In this document: in pieces, positions 23,036 to 35,039 of the stretch
How the letters are laid out: every line of letters begins with the position of its first letter
Numbering within the stretch: position 1 is the stretch's first letter
Assembly: GCA_963575745.1 (NCBI GenBank)
Contig: CAUYUJ010000222.1
Span: 62,001 to 116,647, forward strand
Length of the DNA stretch: 54,647 bases
DNA from: Prorocentrum cordatum
Lineage: Eukaryota
Direction of reading: 5' to 3'
Translations under genes and position numbers: made by a program
The notes under the pieces: generated by a model
Told to the model about the DNA's origin: nothing
Database searches by the model: none
The model's input: only the letters and a program-made list of their open reading frames with translations

Positions 23036-24100
23036 TCCCTCCTCCCTCTCCCTCCTACCCCGCCGATTCCTCCTCCTCCTACTCCTACCCTCCTCCTCCT
23101 CCTCCTCCTCCTCCTCCTCCTCCTCCTCCTCCTCCTCCTCCTCCTCCTCCCTCTACCTGCTCCTCCCTTTACCTGCTCCTGCTCCTGTCACCCGCGCACA
23201 CGGCATTGCCCGCATTTCCTGCGCTCCCGTTGCTTGCATGCCTGCGCTGCTTGTACCGCGGGCCTCCACCTTCCTGGGGCCTGTGGCGGGCGCTCCCACG
23301 TGCCCTGCCCACTCGCACAATTGTGTGTCCTCCTCCTCCTCCTCCTCCTCCTCCTCCTCCTCCTCCTCCTCCTCCTCCTCCGCCCCCCCTCCTCCTCCTC
23401 CTCCTCAACCTCCTCCTCCTCCTCCTGCTCCCCCTCCTCCCCTCCTCCTTCGCCTCCTCCCCTTCTCCTCCTCCTTCCTCCCCCCTCCTCCTCCTCCTCA
23501 ACCTCCTCTTCAACCTCCTCCTTCTCTCCCCCTCCTCCTCCTCATCCTCCTCCTCCTCCTCCTCCTCCTCCTCCTCCTCCCCCTCCTCCTCCTCCTCTGC
23601 CTCCTCCTCCCGACGGTGGCGGCGGAAGGGGCCTGCTGCCCGCCCTAGAGCGGAGAGGTACCACAGCGCCCGGCCGCTCTCGCCGCGTGGCGGCGCCGCC
23701 CCTGGAGCGGCACGGGCGGCCGCCCCGTGAAGTGGCGGTCCGTGCCGATGGCCCACCATCTCTTCCGTCTCCTCCGTCCCCTGCGTCTCCTCCTCCTCCT
23801 CCTCCCCCTCCTGACCTTCCCTCTTCCTCCTCCTCCTCCTTTTTCTCGTTGTCCTCCTCCCCCTCCTCTTCTTTCCTCCTCCCTCCTCCTCCTCCTCCTC
23901 CTCCTCCTCCTCCCCCTCAGCAAACCACAGCGAACCCGAGTCACCAAACAGGCCGACGCTTAGATGTGCGCCTCCTCCTCCCCTTTTTTTTTGTGCGGAC
24001 TGTTATCATGACGAAAGGTGGCGGCCTTGCCTCCTCCTCCTCCTTTTCCTCGTCCTCCTCCTCCCCCTCCTCCTCTTCCTCCTGCTCCTCCCCATCGTCC
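23036..24100 (+). repeat. Interrupted (CCT)n tract
   Basis: Directly visible. Confidence 0.95.
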
Positions 24101-24274
24101 TGATTATCCTCCTGACCATTCCTCCTCCCCACCAGGCCTGTTCTTCTTCTTCGTGTTTTCCAGCCATCATGTGGTGTTGGTTTCCCGTTTTGAAGAGACA
24201 ACGCCCCGCGTTGTTTCCCCACCTCTCCTCGTCACCCCTTCGTGTTCCCACCCGTGCCTCGTCAATTCGCATGT

Positions 24275-24427
24275 CCCCATCGCCATCATCTTCATCAGCA
24301 GCAACAGCACCATCATCAGCAGCAGCATCATCACCAGCGCAATCACCAAATTCACATTCATCATCATCAGCATCATCATCACCAACATCATCATCACCAT
24401 CATCATCCCCATCCCCATCCCCATCAC

Positions 24428-24471
<44 letters not shown>

Positions 24472-24673
24472 GCATCGTCATCGCAGTCATCATCATCATC
24501 GTCAGAATCGTCGCCGCCGCCGTCGCCGTCTTCGTCACATCACCGCCACCGTCATCACCATCAACAACGACAGCAACACAACATCATGGATCACCGACAT
24601 CACCATCACCATCACGAGCAGCCTCGTCGTCATCACCATTACAATTATTATCACCATTACTTTCACCACCACC

Positions 24674-24707
<34 letters not shown>

Positions 24708-24834
24708 GCCGTAGCACCAGCATCAGCCCCACCATCACCATCACCATCACCATCATCACCATCATCATCAACATCATTAGTATCGTCACCACCATCACCA
24801 TCACCATCACCATCACCATCACCATCACCATCAC

Positions 24835-24896
<62 letters not shown>

Positions 24897-24905
24897 GCAT
24901 CATCA

Positions 24906-24938
<33 letters not shown>

Positions 24939-24960
24939 TCGTGATCGGCATCATCATCCT
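24275..24960 (+). repeat. (CAT)n/(CACCAT)n microsatellite
   Basis: Directly visible. Confidence 0.95.
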
Positions 24961-25010
24961 CAGCATGACTATTCCCATCGCCGCTACCATCGTAATCATC
25001 CGCGCCAGCA

Positions 25011-25693
25011 TCGGCACACCCCTCGCACGTTTCGTGGCCCCATCTGGGGGCCTCACCAAAGGTCCCAACGGCGCCACCCGCATGCGTCCGACCCACCCAG
25101 CTCGGCATACCCCTCACGAGGACCGTGGCCCCAGAGGGAGCTTCACCGAAGGTCCCAACGGCGCCGCCCGAATGCGTCCGAACCATGGGTTTTCGGCACA
25201 CCCCTCACGAGGATCGTGGCCCCATAAGGAGCTCCACCGAAAGTTCCAGAGGCGTCACCCGCGTGCGTCCGACCCACCAATTCGGCACACCCCTCACAAG
25301 GATCGTGTCCCATATGGAACCGCACCGAAGGTCCCAAGGGCGACGCCCGCATGCGTCCTACCCACTCATGTCGGCATACCCCTCACACGCTTCGCGGTCC
25401 CATAGGGAACTCCACCGAACGTCCCTGCGGCCGTCCTCGCGCGCGCCTCCTCCGCTCATTTCGGCAAGCCCCTCGCACGCGTCGTGGCTTCACGAGGAGT
25501 TCAACCGAAGGTCGCAGCGGCCGTCATCGCGCGCGCCCCCCCTACAACCCGCATGCGGTACCCGCCACATGTTGGTACACCCCTCACGCGGCTCGCCCGT
25601 CTCACGCGGCTCGCGGCCCCATAGAGAATTCACCCCCAGATCGTCCCGCCTGCCCTGCGGTACTCACAGTTGCGTATGGTTGGGTCCTTCGCC
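25011..25693 (+). repeat. Diverged second array (~7 units) of the 90-bp minisatellite plus shared 3' tail
   Basis: CACACCCCTCACGAGGATCGTGGCCCCATA core; tail GCGGTACTCACAGTTGCGTATGGTTGGGTCCTTCGCC matches 9123-9159. Confidence 0.85.
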
Positions 25694-25944
25694 CGGACAT
25701 GACAGGAGACACTAAAAATGAGAGTTGGCGCCCTCGCCTCTTCCCCCCCCACGCTCCACGCGGTCTCGGCTGGAGGCAAATCGCTGGGCGACGGGGTATC
25801 TGCCCAACCCTTGTTCGTCGGTGCACCCGCCTTCGGGCCAGCTTCGTCCCATAAAAAGGAAACTGGGGGGGGGTCAATTGTCTGCCATTGCGGCCCGCCT
25901 GCGTGCCGTGTGCACCGCGCAATTCCTGGACCCATGGCTCCATG

Positions 25945-26867
25945 ACTCCTCCTCCTGCTCGTTCTCCTCCTGCTCCTGCTCATGCTCCTCTTCCTCCTCC
26001 TCCTCTTCTCCTCTTCCTCCTCCGCATCCTCTTCCTCCTCCTCCTCCTCCTCCGTCCCCTCATCCTCCTCCTCCTCATCCTCCTCCTCCTCATCATCATT
26101 ATCTTCACCTTCTTCTTACTATCATTAGTAGTGGTGTCCGCGTTGTTGGTATTGTTAGTCTCGTTATTATCGTTATTTAAAGCAGTACAATACTTACTAT
26201 CATTATTATTATGATGATCATCATACTATCACTATCAACATTCGTAGTATTGTTAGTAGCGTTATGCTTATGATGATTAATATTCGTAGTATTATCGATA
26301 CGAGTATGAGTGTTAGTGATGTTCGTATTGCTTTTCTTGTTCGTATCATGATTAGTTTGATTGCTCTGCTTCTACCTCATCATAGTCCAGTTCCTCTTCC
26401 TCCTCCTCCTCCTCCTCTTCCTCCCCCCTCCCCCTTCCCTCCCCCACCACCTCCTCCTCCTCCTGTTCCTCCTCCTCCTCCTTCTCTCCCTCCTCCTCCG
26501 TCTCCTCCTGTTCCTCCTCCTCCGCCTCCTCCTCCTCGTCCTCCTCCTCCTCCTTCTCCTCATGCCTCCCGCCTCCTACTTCCTCCACCATCCTCCGCTT
26601 CCTCCTTCTCAACCTCCTCCTCCTTCTCCTCATCCTCGTCTGCTTCCTCCTTCTCGTCCGCCTCGTTCTCCTCGTCCTCCGCCTCCTCCCCCTCTTCCTC
26701 CTCCTTGTTGTCCTCCTCCTCCTCCTACCCCCCACTCTCCCTCCCCCCTCTCCCCCTCCTCCTCCTCGCTCCTCCTCCTCCTCCTCCTCCTCCTTTCCTC
26801 CTGTCCTCCTCGCCTCCTCCTCCTCCTCCTCCTCCTCCTCCTCCCTTCCTTCTCCTCCTCCTCCTCC
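25945..26867 (+). repeat. (CCT)n tract with an AT-rich (ATT/AGT) interruption
   Basis: Directly visible. Confidence 0.9.
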
Positions 26868-26889
26868 TCCGTAGCCATGTTGGCTCGAG
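26868..26889 (+). other. Genomic relic of the dinoflagellate spliced leader
   Basis: TCCGTAGCCATGTTGGCTCGAG versus canonical DCCGTAGCCATTTTGGCTCAAG (20/22). Not followed by a GT donor, so not an SL RNA gene. Confidence 0.9.
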
Positions 26890-28100
26890 ATGCATGCACA
26901 ATTGAGGCTCTGCGCCTCTGTGCCTGACTGGATACCGCTGTCACCGCGGCAGGTAAGGCCTCCTGTCTCTCGTGTTATGGCCTTGCGCGCGGGCGGTCCC
27001 TGGCGCAGCGGCCGCGGCCAGGGCAGTTGAGCATGGCAGCCCGACTCCAAGCAGCAGGGCAAAAAGAAGAAGAAAGCGAAGGACATCTCCTACGTGGTTT
27101 GCAATCTGTGTAAACACTGCGAGTATGTACGTCACGGCCATTGCGCTTGCAATATGTGGCGTGGCGCTTACGTTTCGGATGGTCGGGTGCTGGTCAACCT
27201 CCTGGCGCTGATGCTTGGGATCGAATTTGCGGAGTGGCTCATGGTGCTGCTGCTGTGCCTATGCCTCCCCACCTTCTTCAAGAGCTGGAGCGTTGGTCTG
27301 TTCAGTATCCTGCCCTCGCTGGCGTTGCACGCGACGCTGCAGCACCGCTCGCGCCAGAGGTTTGTGAGTACACTGAAGGGGAATCGGATCGATTGGCAGC
27401 GCTGGAGCAAACGGAGCTCGCCAAACTCGTTGAGGACGCCACGACCGCCTCGCTTATCAGGAGGTGCAGTGGCGGCTCGACCGCTACAACAAGGCGAAGA
27501 TCGCCATGGAGGAGATGCAGAAACGAAAAAACATCGAGGCAGAGCATAATCTCGAGGTGGCTCGCATGGCGACGCGCGAGGCGGATGCTCAGAAGAACGC
27601 CCTCGATGTTGCCGCGATCAAGCAGACGACGCGCGCGGAGGCGGACGACCGGCGCGGCCAGCGGGAGCAGGCCGCTGCAGACCAGAGGTGCCGTGCAAGC
27701 TGGTGCAGGTGATGGTTGGCTCTTCTTTGAGGTACGCCTGCAAGCGCGCGCTGCTGCGATAGGCGTGATCTATCTCATCCCTAGCATCGGCGCGTCTGAA
27801 GAAATGCGTCTCGGCTTCGCGCGGTTGCTGAGTTTGTCCGTGGGCTGTCGGTCCCATGGTTCCTGGTGTCAATGTTGGCTGATTTCCTGGGAGATGCTGG
27901 TGTCTTGGAGCTTCTGCCTGCTCGCGTCCTGGCCCGCAATGACGCGGACCTTACTTGTGCGACGGGTGAAACGATGATCGATGACGTGCTGTGTTCTCGT
28001 CGCCTGTTCCCGTACCATCGAGTGTCTGCCGACCTCCGATCCCCATTCAAGGCCCGCGCGCGCTTGAACGACATCCCCCTGGATTTGGAGGCCCTGGTGA
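26868..28100 (+). mobile_element. 5' part of a degenerate, internally deleted LINE: SL, ORF1 (Zn finger, coiled coil), C-terminal half of APE endonuclease
   Basis: ATG at 26977: MALRAGGPWRSGRGQGS*AWQPDSKQQGKKKKKAKDISYVVCNLCKHCEYVRHGHCACNM. Coiled coil at 27464-27690. Then IGVIYLIPSIG..NASRLRAVAEFVRGLSVPWFL..LTCATGETMIDDVLCS..SPFK, which aligns by eye with the APE domain at 21000-21360. Confidence 0.7.
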
Positions 28101-29014
28101 CGAGGTCGTCTACACGCAAAACGTCGAGATTTCCAGCGTGCGCCTGGCCCTGGTCGCGGCCGCTCGGTGCAAGTGGAAGCTCCAAGCTCTAGAGGTGAGC
28201 ACGGCATTTCTCAATGCCCATCTTCCTCCTGAGGATGGTCACATCGTCGTTCGTCCTCCCAAGCTCTTCGTCGATTTGGGCTTCGTAGGGCCAGACGTGC
28301 TATGGGTTGCAAACGAGGGGATCTATGGGCTGCGGATTGCCCCCAGCGCTAGGGGTGCCAAGCGCGACAGCGACATGAGGGCCAGGCAATTCTTGGTCGA
28401 CGGCGTGCCCGCGAAGCTGGTCCGGAGCAGGTGCGACCCCGGTGTCTGGATGGTGGTTGCTGCGGCGGAGCCGAAGCTGGAGTCGGACCGCTTGCTGCTC
28501 GGTCTTCTTCTCGTCTACGTTGACGACTTCCTTTGCTTGGGTCCTTGCGGAGTTTTGGGCGAGCTGGAGTCGCTGTTGAAGGCAACCTGTACGCGCTCGG
28601 TCCAGAGCCGGATCGGCTGGGGAGAGCCAGGGAAGATGCCCTACCTGGGGTTGGAGAGCCGATCGTGCACCGGGCCCCTATCTGAACTACATGCTCGCCA
28701 AGTGGGCTCTGGGTGGCGCCAGCGGCGCGCGCGCCATCGCGCTCGAGCCAGTTCCGCGCCCTCGCGCGCCAGAGGATGGCGACGCTGATCCAGCAGCCGC
28801 CCGCGCGGCCCAGCGGATGGCAGGAGGATTACCGTGGCTTGCTGCGAGGCCGCGCCCTGACGTGTATCTCGCGACTTCGCGTCTCAGCAGCTCTGCCTGC
28901 AGCCATCCCGAATGGGCGCCGCGGCTGGGCAAGCGGCTTCTGCGGTGCTCCATCGGCGCTCGTGGCTCTGCCCCGGTGATCGGCCGGGGCCTCGACGACC
29001 CCAGCGCAGGGCTA

Positions 29015-29190
29015 CAGTCGGGGCGTGGACCTAAGGAACCCTAAATAAGGAACGAGGCCCCTACTTTCCATAAGTTAACCTTCGATGTCCTGTCGAAAAC
29101 ATAAGGAAAGCCTGAGGCAAGCTGTGAAACACTTAAGGAACGCGGAGCCCCTCCCCAACCAAAAAGGTTCCTTATTCAGCGCCCCGACTG
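29015..29190. mobile_element. 176-bp Tc1/mariner-type MITE family B, copy 1
   Basis: TA|CAGTCGGGGCG...CGCCCCGACTG|TA. Confidence 0.9.
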
Positions 29191-29278
29191 TACGCCGAGA
29201 TGACCTCCATCGGCTTGGACGCGCTCGCGGGCGCCAGCGTCGAGGCGGAGACTGCTCAGACAGGAGCGGCGGTCTTCT

Positions 29279-29451
29279 TAAAACAGGACTAGGATCGGGA
29301 TAAATCGCTCCAGAGCGTTCCGGAGCGCTCTCAGAGCGTTCCGGAACGCTCTGGAGCGGCCGCGGCGCCCAATACATCCTCCAAACCCGCCGATTCTCAG
29401 AGATTTCGAGTTATCCCGATCCGATGTTGTCCCGATCTTCGCGTCGTTTTG
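29279..29451. mobile_element. 173-bp MITE with 5-bp TSD
   Basis: CTTCT|TAAAAC...GATCGGGATAA...TTGTCCCGATC...GTTTTG|CTTCT; removal restores copia RNase H AVFCGG. Confidence 0.8.
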
Positions 29452-29605
29452 CTTCTGCGGTGGCGCTTTGATCGACCCGGCGGAGGCAGAAGCAGCCGCA
29501 GGTGGCCCGCAGCACCGCTGGGGCGGAGGTCGCGGCCCTGAACATGTGCGTGACGATGCTGGAGGGCGCGGAGGCGACCATGGCCAGCATCGCGTTCGGC
29601 ACATA

Positions 29606-29781
29606 CAGTCGGGGCGTGGACCAAAGGAACCCAAAATAAGGAACGAGGCCCCTATTTTCCATAAGTTAAACTTCGATTTCCGATCGAAAGCATAAGGAGG
29701 ACCTGACGCAAGCTGTGAAACACTCAAGGAACGCGGAGCCCCTCCCCAACGAGAAGGGTTCCTTCCTCAGGGCCCCGAGTG
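29606..29781. mobile_element. MITE family B, copy 2
   Basis: TA|CAGTCGGGGC...GCCCCGAGTG|TA; removal restores the copia frame (FGTYGSTPTLWG). Confidence 0.9.
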
Positions 29782-30176
29782 TATGGCTCTACGCCGACGC
29801 TCTGGGGTGCTAGCGCTGCCAGCCTCTCCTCGTCGCCGAGGGGCAGGGCAGGCGGCGCACGCGTGCGCTTGCTGATCGAGCCGCAGCGTTGCGCAGCCAA
29901 GGTCGGCATGGCATGGGCACGCCGCTGCTCAGGAAGGCCCCCTCGGAGGAGCAGCGGGCCGACGGCTCGACCAAGGTGTTCGCTGCCGCCGTGCTGGGCC
30001 GCACCCGCGCCCACCTCGGCCTGCAGCGGAGTGGCGAGCTGCTGGACCGTGCCGCAGCGGCTGCTGGCGCGCGCCGCCTGCAGCCGCCTGCGTGGCGGAG
30101 GGATCAGCGAGCATCCTCGCGCGCCTTCGCTGTTGACCTGCAAGATTGGCTTCGGGGCCATGCCGCCCCGCCGCAT

Positions 30177-30372
30177 TCGGGTTGGGCGAAAGGGGGGGAT
30201 AGCAAGGGGGGGGTTGAGAGTCAGCTCGCGCAGCTGATTTTCCCGGCGCCTCCCTGCGCCAGAGGCGGCTATGCATCGAGTAATGGGCCCCTCGGTGAGG
30301 CCGAAACAAGCTGCATGCAGCAAATTTCGTAACCCCCCCATTTCCCAATCCCCCCCCTTTCGTCCGGCCCGA
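30177..30372. mobile_element. ~195-bp MITE-like element
   Basis: TCGGGTTGGGCGAAAGGGGGG...CCCCCCTTTCGTCCGGCCCGA; flanks CGCAT/CACAT are a possible 5-bp TSD. Confidence 0.55.
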
Positions 30373-31600
30373 CACATCGAGTGCACGCGCCCGAGCCTGG
30401 GGCCATGCCAGTTTCTCTCTTGGGGCGCTGCGCGCCAACGCTTGGCATGACTGCGGGTGCCCCGCGAGCCGCGCTCGCATCGCTTCGGTGCCCGCCCCCG
30501 CCGTATGAGCGGCGCGGCGGGCCGGAGAGGAGCGTGGGCCGGGGGGCTTGCAGGTGTTGTGATTCTGGGGGATGCCAGCCCATCCTCGTAGTTCTGGTGC
30601 GAGTTCCGCAGAGAGGGACACGCATATAACGAAGTTGTCCCGTCTCACGCTGCGTACTGCCAACGGTGACCCCCAACGCCCATGTTCGTTGCTGTCGTAT
30701 GGTGCGGAGCGTGAGGCATAGCATAGCACAGCATGCAGCAGAGGATAGGCCTGCACAGCCAATATACTGGTTTGTCTGGGCGAAGGGTCGAAAATTGGCT
30801 TAACTGTTTTAACGCCGTCTTGTGTGATGAGTGAGGCATAGCACCGCAGGGTGAGGACATGGGCCCATCATTCGCTCGGTACTGGCCCATGCGTTTATTT
30901 TTGTGTGGTTCGTAAACTTTGGCTCAAGTTTGGTGCGCTGTGTGGAAAATGATCCATCAGCGTGCCGAGGCGCGTGAACGAGATCGCCTCTTCGTTCGCC
31001 TCGCCATCTCGCTAAGCACCCTACTGAGACTGAAACTCCGACTGCCCATACCACCCCACCAAAACCACACGTTGCCGATGTCGCCCTCGCAGGTCTTCCG
31101 ACTTCTCAGGGGGCAGGCAGCAGGGCGATACATCCTAGACGTGCATTGTTCCCCCCCGCCGGATGAGATTACAGCAGCAATGGAGGAAGAGATGGGAGCG
31201 CCGGCCGGGCACGTAGCGCTCCAAAGGAAAATTCCCCCCCTAGGGTAATTTTCTTTAAACTCCCATGTGAATCACCCTCCCCTCACCACTCGCCCGAGCT
31301 TCTACTGGCCTGGGTCAATGCAAACCCGGGTCAGTCAGGATCCCTCGCCATCGCTCGGACGCCCATTCCCTGTGCATGGTTCGATAGTTCGTGCTCGTAT
31401 ATTTTCGCAGGACGACCCAAAGGGCTCCTCGATGGCCCTCGCCGAGAACAAAATGCACACGTCCGAGCGATGCCAAGATCCTGCAGGATACTGCGCGCCA
31501 GTCCAGGTCAGTGCAGCAGTGGCTTGGCAGGATCCTGCGAGATCCGGCGCTCTGGCTGACCCCCGCTTGCCGCTTGCGCTGGCCCCCGTCTCTGCCAGCT

Positions 31601-31700
31601 GTAGGCCGGGCATGTTCTCCTGCAGGCGGATGTTGAGGGAAATGTGAAACATAGCCGAACAAATACTATCAAAACACAAGCATCAAAAATAGTCCATCCA
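31601..31700. mobile_element. Left half of a diverged MITE family A copy
   Basis: GTAGGCCGGGCATGTTCTCC..GGCGGAT..AAAAATAGTCC resembles 569, 801 and 2321; right TIR not found. Confidence 0.5.
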
Positions 31701-31947
31701 TCATCCCCTGACCATTTTCTGACTGTGCTTGAGTTGAGCAAGGACCGACCGTCCCGGCATTCCTATAGTCATACCACGAAATGCTCTTAGAACCCAAAAA
31801 TGTTCTAAGGACAAAAACACTGTTCTTAGAACATAAACCCGAGGTGCTAAAACGGCACAGACCCCGCCAGAAATGCTCTGAGAACATTTCGTGGAAACCA
31901 CAGAACGTTCTTAGAACATTGTTTGGTGGGGCTACAGGCGCGCCTGC

Positions 31948-32085
31948 GGGGAAAACACACACACACACACACACTGTGGGCAAACAAACAAACACTGTGG
32001 GAACACAAAACATACACAGTGTGTGTGTGTGTGTTTTCCCACAGTGTGTGTTTTGTTGTGTTTTTTGTGTGTGTGTGGTTTCCCC
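31948..32085. repeat. Fold-back element built of (CA)n/(TG)n arms
   Basis: GGGGAAAACACACAC...GTGTGTGTGGTTTCCCC. Confidence 0.65.
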
Positions 32086-33069
32086 ACGGACGCTTCGCCA
32101 CTGCCTGCTTGCGCGCTCCTCCTGCAGAAGGGGGGGCACGCCCGACGCACAGGCCGGCCCGGCGGGGCGCGGCCGGCGCTCCGCAAACCCCGGGCCTGCA
32201 GCAGAGCCGCTGAACCCCCGCGGCGGCGAGGAGCACCGTCCCCAGCGCCTGGTCAGCGGGATCGGGGGGGGGGGGAGGAGGAGGAGGGAGGAGGAGGAGG
32301 AGGAGGCGGAGGAGAAAGAAGGAGGAGGGCAGGAGGAGGAAAGGAAGAAGGAGGAGGAGAAGGAGGAGAGGATGGAGGAGGAGGTGGAGGGGGAGGGTAG
32401 GGGTGGGGGAGGAGAGCTCGTGGCGGGATTACGAATGGGGGGGGGGGGGGGTGGGGTGGGGCGGAGCCAAATGGGGGCAGCGAGGGCCCCAGCGCCGCAG
32501 CAGGAGCTGCGACCGCAAGAGAGGGGAGCAAGAGGTGGCCTAGACATAAAGACTCTCGGAGGGCCGCGCGGAGCTCTCGGATCGGCCCTGGGCCCCCCCT
32601 TCCCTGGCGCGCGGGGCGCGCCAGGAGCGGCGCCGGAGGCGCCGCCAGGGGGCTTCGGCGCGGATCCGAGAAATCCGCGCGAACCTCGGAATTGTCATGT
32701 TTATGTCATTTGTTTGTTCCCCTGCACAAGGAAGCCTTCCGCGAGGCGCCCAAGCCTGAGACCTTAAGACGCTCGGTGATCTTCGGCGTGGGGGCGTCAC
32801 GCTTTCCACGGCGAAGCCATCAGAACCCGAGGAACCCAGGGCACCCTGGAGGCGAGCAAGGGTTTTTCTTGGCATGGGCTTCCACTGCACTCTCGGGGGC
32901 CATGAGAGCGTGTGTTTTATGTTTCGCGATCGCGGCCGTTACCAGCCCTGGCCGCTCCCCCCCCTCCCCCCCCAAGCATTCCAAGACGGCGCCCGGGCGA
33001 CACGTGACGTCACCAAGCCCCCCGCCCCCCGCCCCTCGGTAACGCCCGCTGTCGCACAGAAAGGAAAAA

Positions 33070-33640
33070 CTTGGGATACCAAAAGGTACTGATACCGTTG
33101 CTCTCTGGGCCTCTCCCGGCGTGCGTTCTGGCCAGGATTTCGAGGCGAACCCAGCGGTGGCGACGAGGGCCACCCGAGAGGCCCAAATAGGCGAAAACGA
33201 GGCCCGGGTTGCGGTATGTGTACCTGTTCCTCCCTTGAAGGTCGCAGTGAGACCTGCGGCTGGACTCTGAGGTGCCAGGTGCGCCTCTCGCCGAACGGCG
33301 GTGTGGCCGAGCGGAAGCCTCGCAAGCCGAGGGGCCACCGGGGGAAAATGCCGGGCGGCCTGCCGGCCAGAGCCCACTCGCAGCCCGCCAATCTCCCTCC
33401 GAGTGCCAGGGTCCTGGAGCCCCAGCTTCTGGAGGGTAATGGAGAGAGGGGCGGGAGGAGGGAAAGGGGGGCGACATCATGTTGCATCCTCGGGGGACCT
33501 TCTCGGTCCCGTCGCGCCCCTACCTGCGTCGAATCCGTGACGAACCCATGCCGGACTCGTCGAACCCGTGTTGAACCCGTGCCGACTCCGGGCCGAACTC
33601 CGCCGAAGTCCGCGCCGAGTCCGCAACGAGCCCACGTCGG
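33070..33640 (+). repeat. Dispersed repeat copy 2 (homolog of 2282-3230, lacking the MITE A insert)
   Basis: Collinear shared blocks with 2282-2530 and 2803-3230. Confidence 0.8.
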
Positions 33641-34210
33641 GCGCGGTGGCCTCCTCCGACAAAAGACCCTTCGCCGAGGGAGACCGAGGGAACGGCCGCG
33701 ATCAACTGCGCGAGGGGCACTGGCCGCGCGGCGGCATGCGCGGGGCCGCGGCCGAGCCGCGGCCGCCGGGCGAGGCGCGCGCGCCGACGCCGCCGCGCGT
33801 GAGTGCCCCCGGAGCGCTGGGGGCCGCGGGGGGCGCCCGGCGCGGGTCGGCGCTCTATCGAGCAGAGATACACGTGTGCCGCAAGCCCCCGAGCGGCCCC
33901 CAGGAGCAATCCCCAAGAGGTAACACCAAACACTGCCCCCAGGGGGCTCCCCCGTAGCGCTCGTCGTCGCGCTTCGTCGTCGTCCGTCGTCGTCGTCGTC
34001 GTCGTCTGTCGTCTGTCGCTCGTCGTCGTCGACGAGGTGGGTCTTACGCGAGCGTGGCACCGCGGCGCTGCGCGCGGCCCTCCGCGTGCGCCGTTTCGGG
34101 GGGCGGGCCGGCGCCGCGCGGGGAGGCCCACAGAAGGGCTCTTATATGGCGCGTCGGACCGCGCCGACGTTGTAGACCGTGGCGCTCTTGGCGCGCGACC
34201 CATTCTTCTG

Positions 34211-34554
34211 TGAGAAAGACGAAAACCCACCCCCCACCCCCAATCCCGACGCCCCACCGCCCGAGCCCGCTCTATCCGGGGGCGTCAACGGGACTGGGGG
34301 CAAATGCGCGGGTGGTTTTCTTCTCCCGTATCCCCGAAAACCCCACTCCCCACCCCAGTCCCGACCGCGACCCCCCAGATCGTGGGTTCGGAAATGGGTC
34401 GGGACTGTGGGGGTGGGGGTGCGGTTTTCTTATGTCCTGGACCGCCGTGAATAAAACCCACGCCCCCTACTCCCCAGTCCCACCCCCCGTCATCAGGGTT
34501 TCGGAAATGGGGGTTCGGAGACTGGGGGTGGGGGTGGGTTTTTCGCTTTTCTCA
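34211..34554. mobile_element. Fold-back element with ~40-bp TIRs and internal inverted subrepeats
   Basis: TGAGAAAGACGAAAACCCACCCCCACCCCCA...TGGGGGTGGGGGTGGGTTTTTCGCTTTTCTCA. Confidence 0.65.
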
Positions 34555-35039
34555 TTTTTTTTTGCGCGGGGCAGGCACGGCCTGGTGTTTCCTTGCGCCG
34601 CTCGCAGGAGGAGCGGCCTGAATTTCCCGGAGTTCTGCAAGACTTTTGGATGCTCGTTCTGGGGACCTTCCTGGAGCCACTCGCTCCACTCGTGCGTCGA
34701 AGCTGCGTCGAACGTCAGTCGAGTTGGGTCGACCCTGAGTCGAACCTGAGTCGAACCTGAGTCGAACTTGCGTCGAACTTGAGTCGAACTTGAGTCGAAC
34801 TGGGGTCGAACAGATCCGTTAGGTGGGCTCCAGGAAGGTCCCCGAAACGAGCATCGAACAAGACCGCTGCATCCCGTCGGGCCTGGGCCAGGAGGGCAGC
34901 CGTCAGGGCCACGAGGCCCTCCGCCGGCCGGAGCAAGCCGAGCGTCCGGGGAGCCCCCCCCCCCAGGAGGCGCAAAGAGCAGCAGACGAGCACGGAGAGA
35001 GCACGAGGGCACCCTTCCCGAGCCGACCTCGATCTTATA

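Larger units (their letters stand above)
28090..30030 (+). mobile_element. Ty1/copia LTR-retrotransposon remnant (RT plus RNase H), split by three MITEs
   Basis: ALEVSTAFLNAHL, GIYGLRIAP, DPGVW, LLVYVDDFL, YLGLE, AQRMAGGLPWL..RPD. After removing the inserts: AQTGAAVFCGGALID.RRQKQPQVARSTAGAE, PTLWG, RTRAL, EEQRADGSTK..RAHLGL. Confidence 0.92.

Noticed and set aside
26868..26960. SL RNA gene
   Set aside because: The 22-nt exon is followed by ATGC, not a GT donor, and there is no tandem SL or 5S context.
30030..30180. Copia polypurine tract and 3' LTR
   Set aside because: No clear PPT followed by TG...CA, and no matching second LTR in the window.
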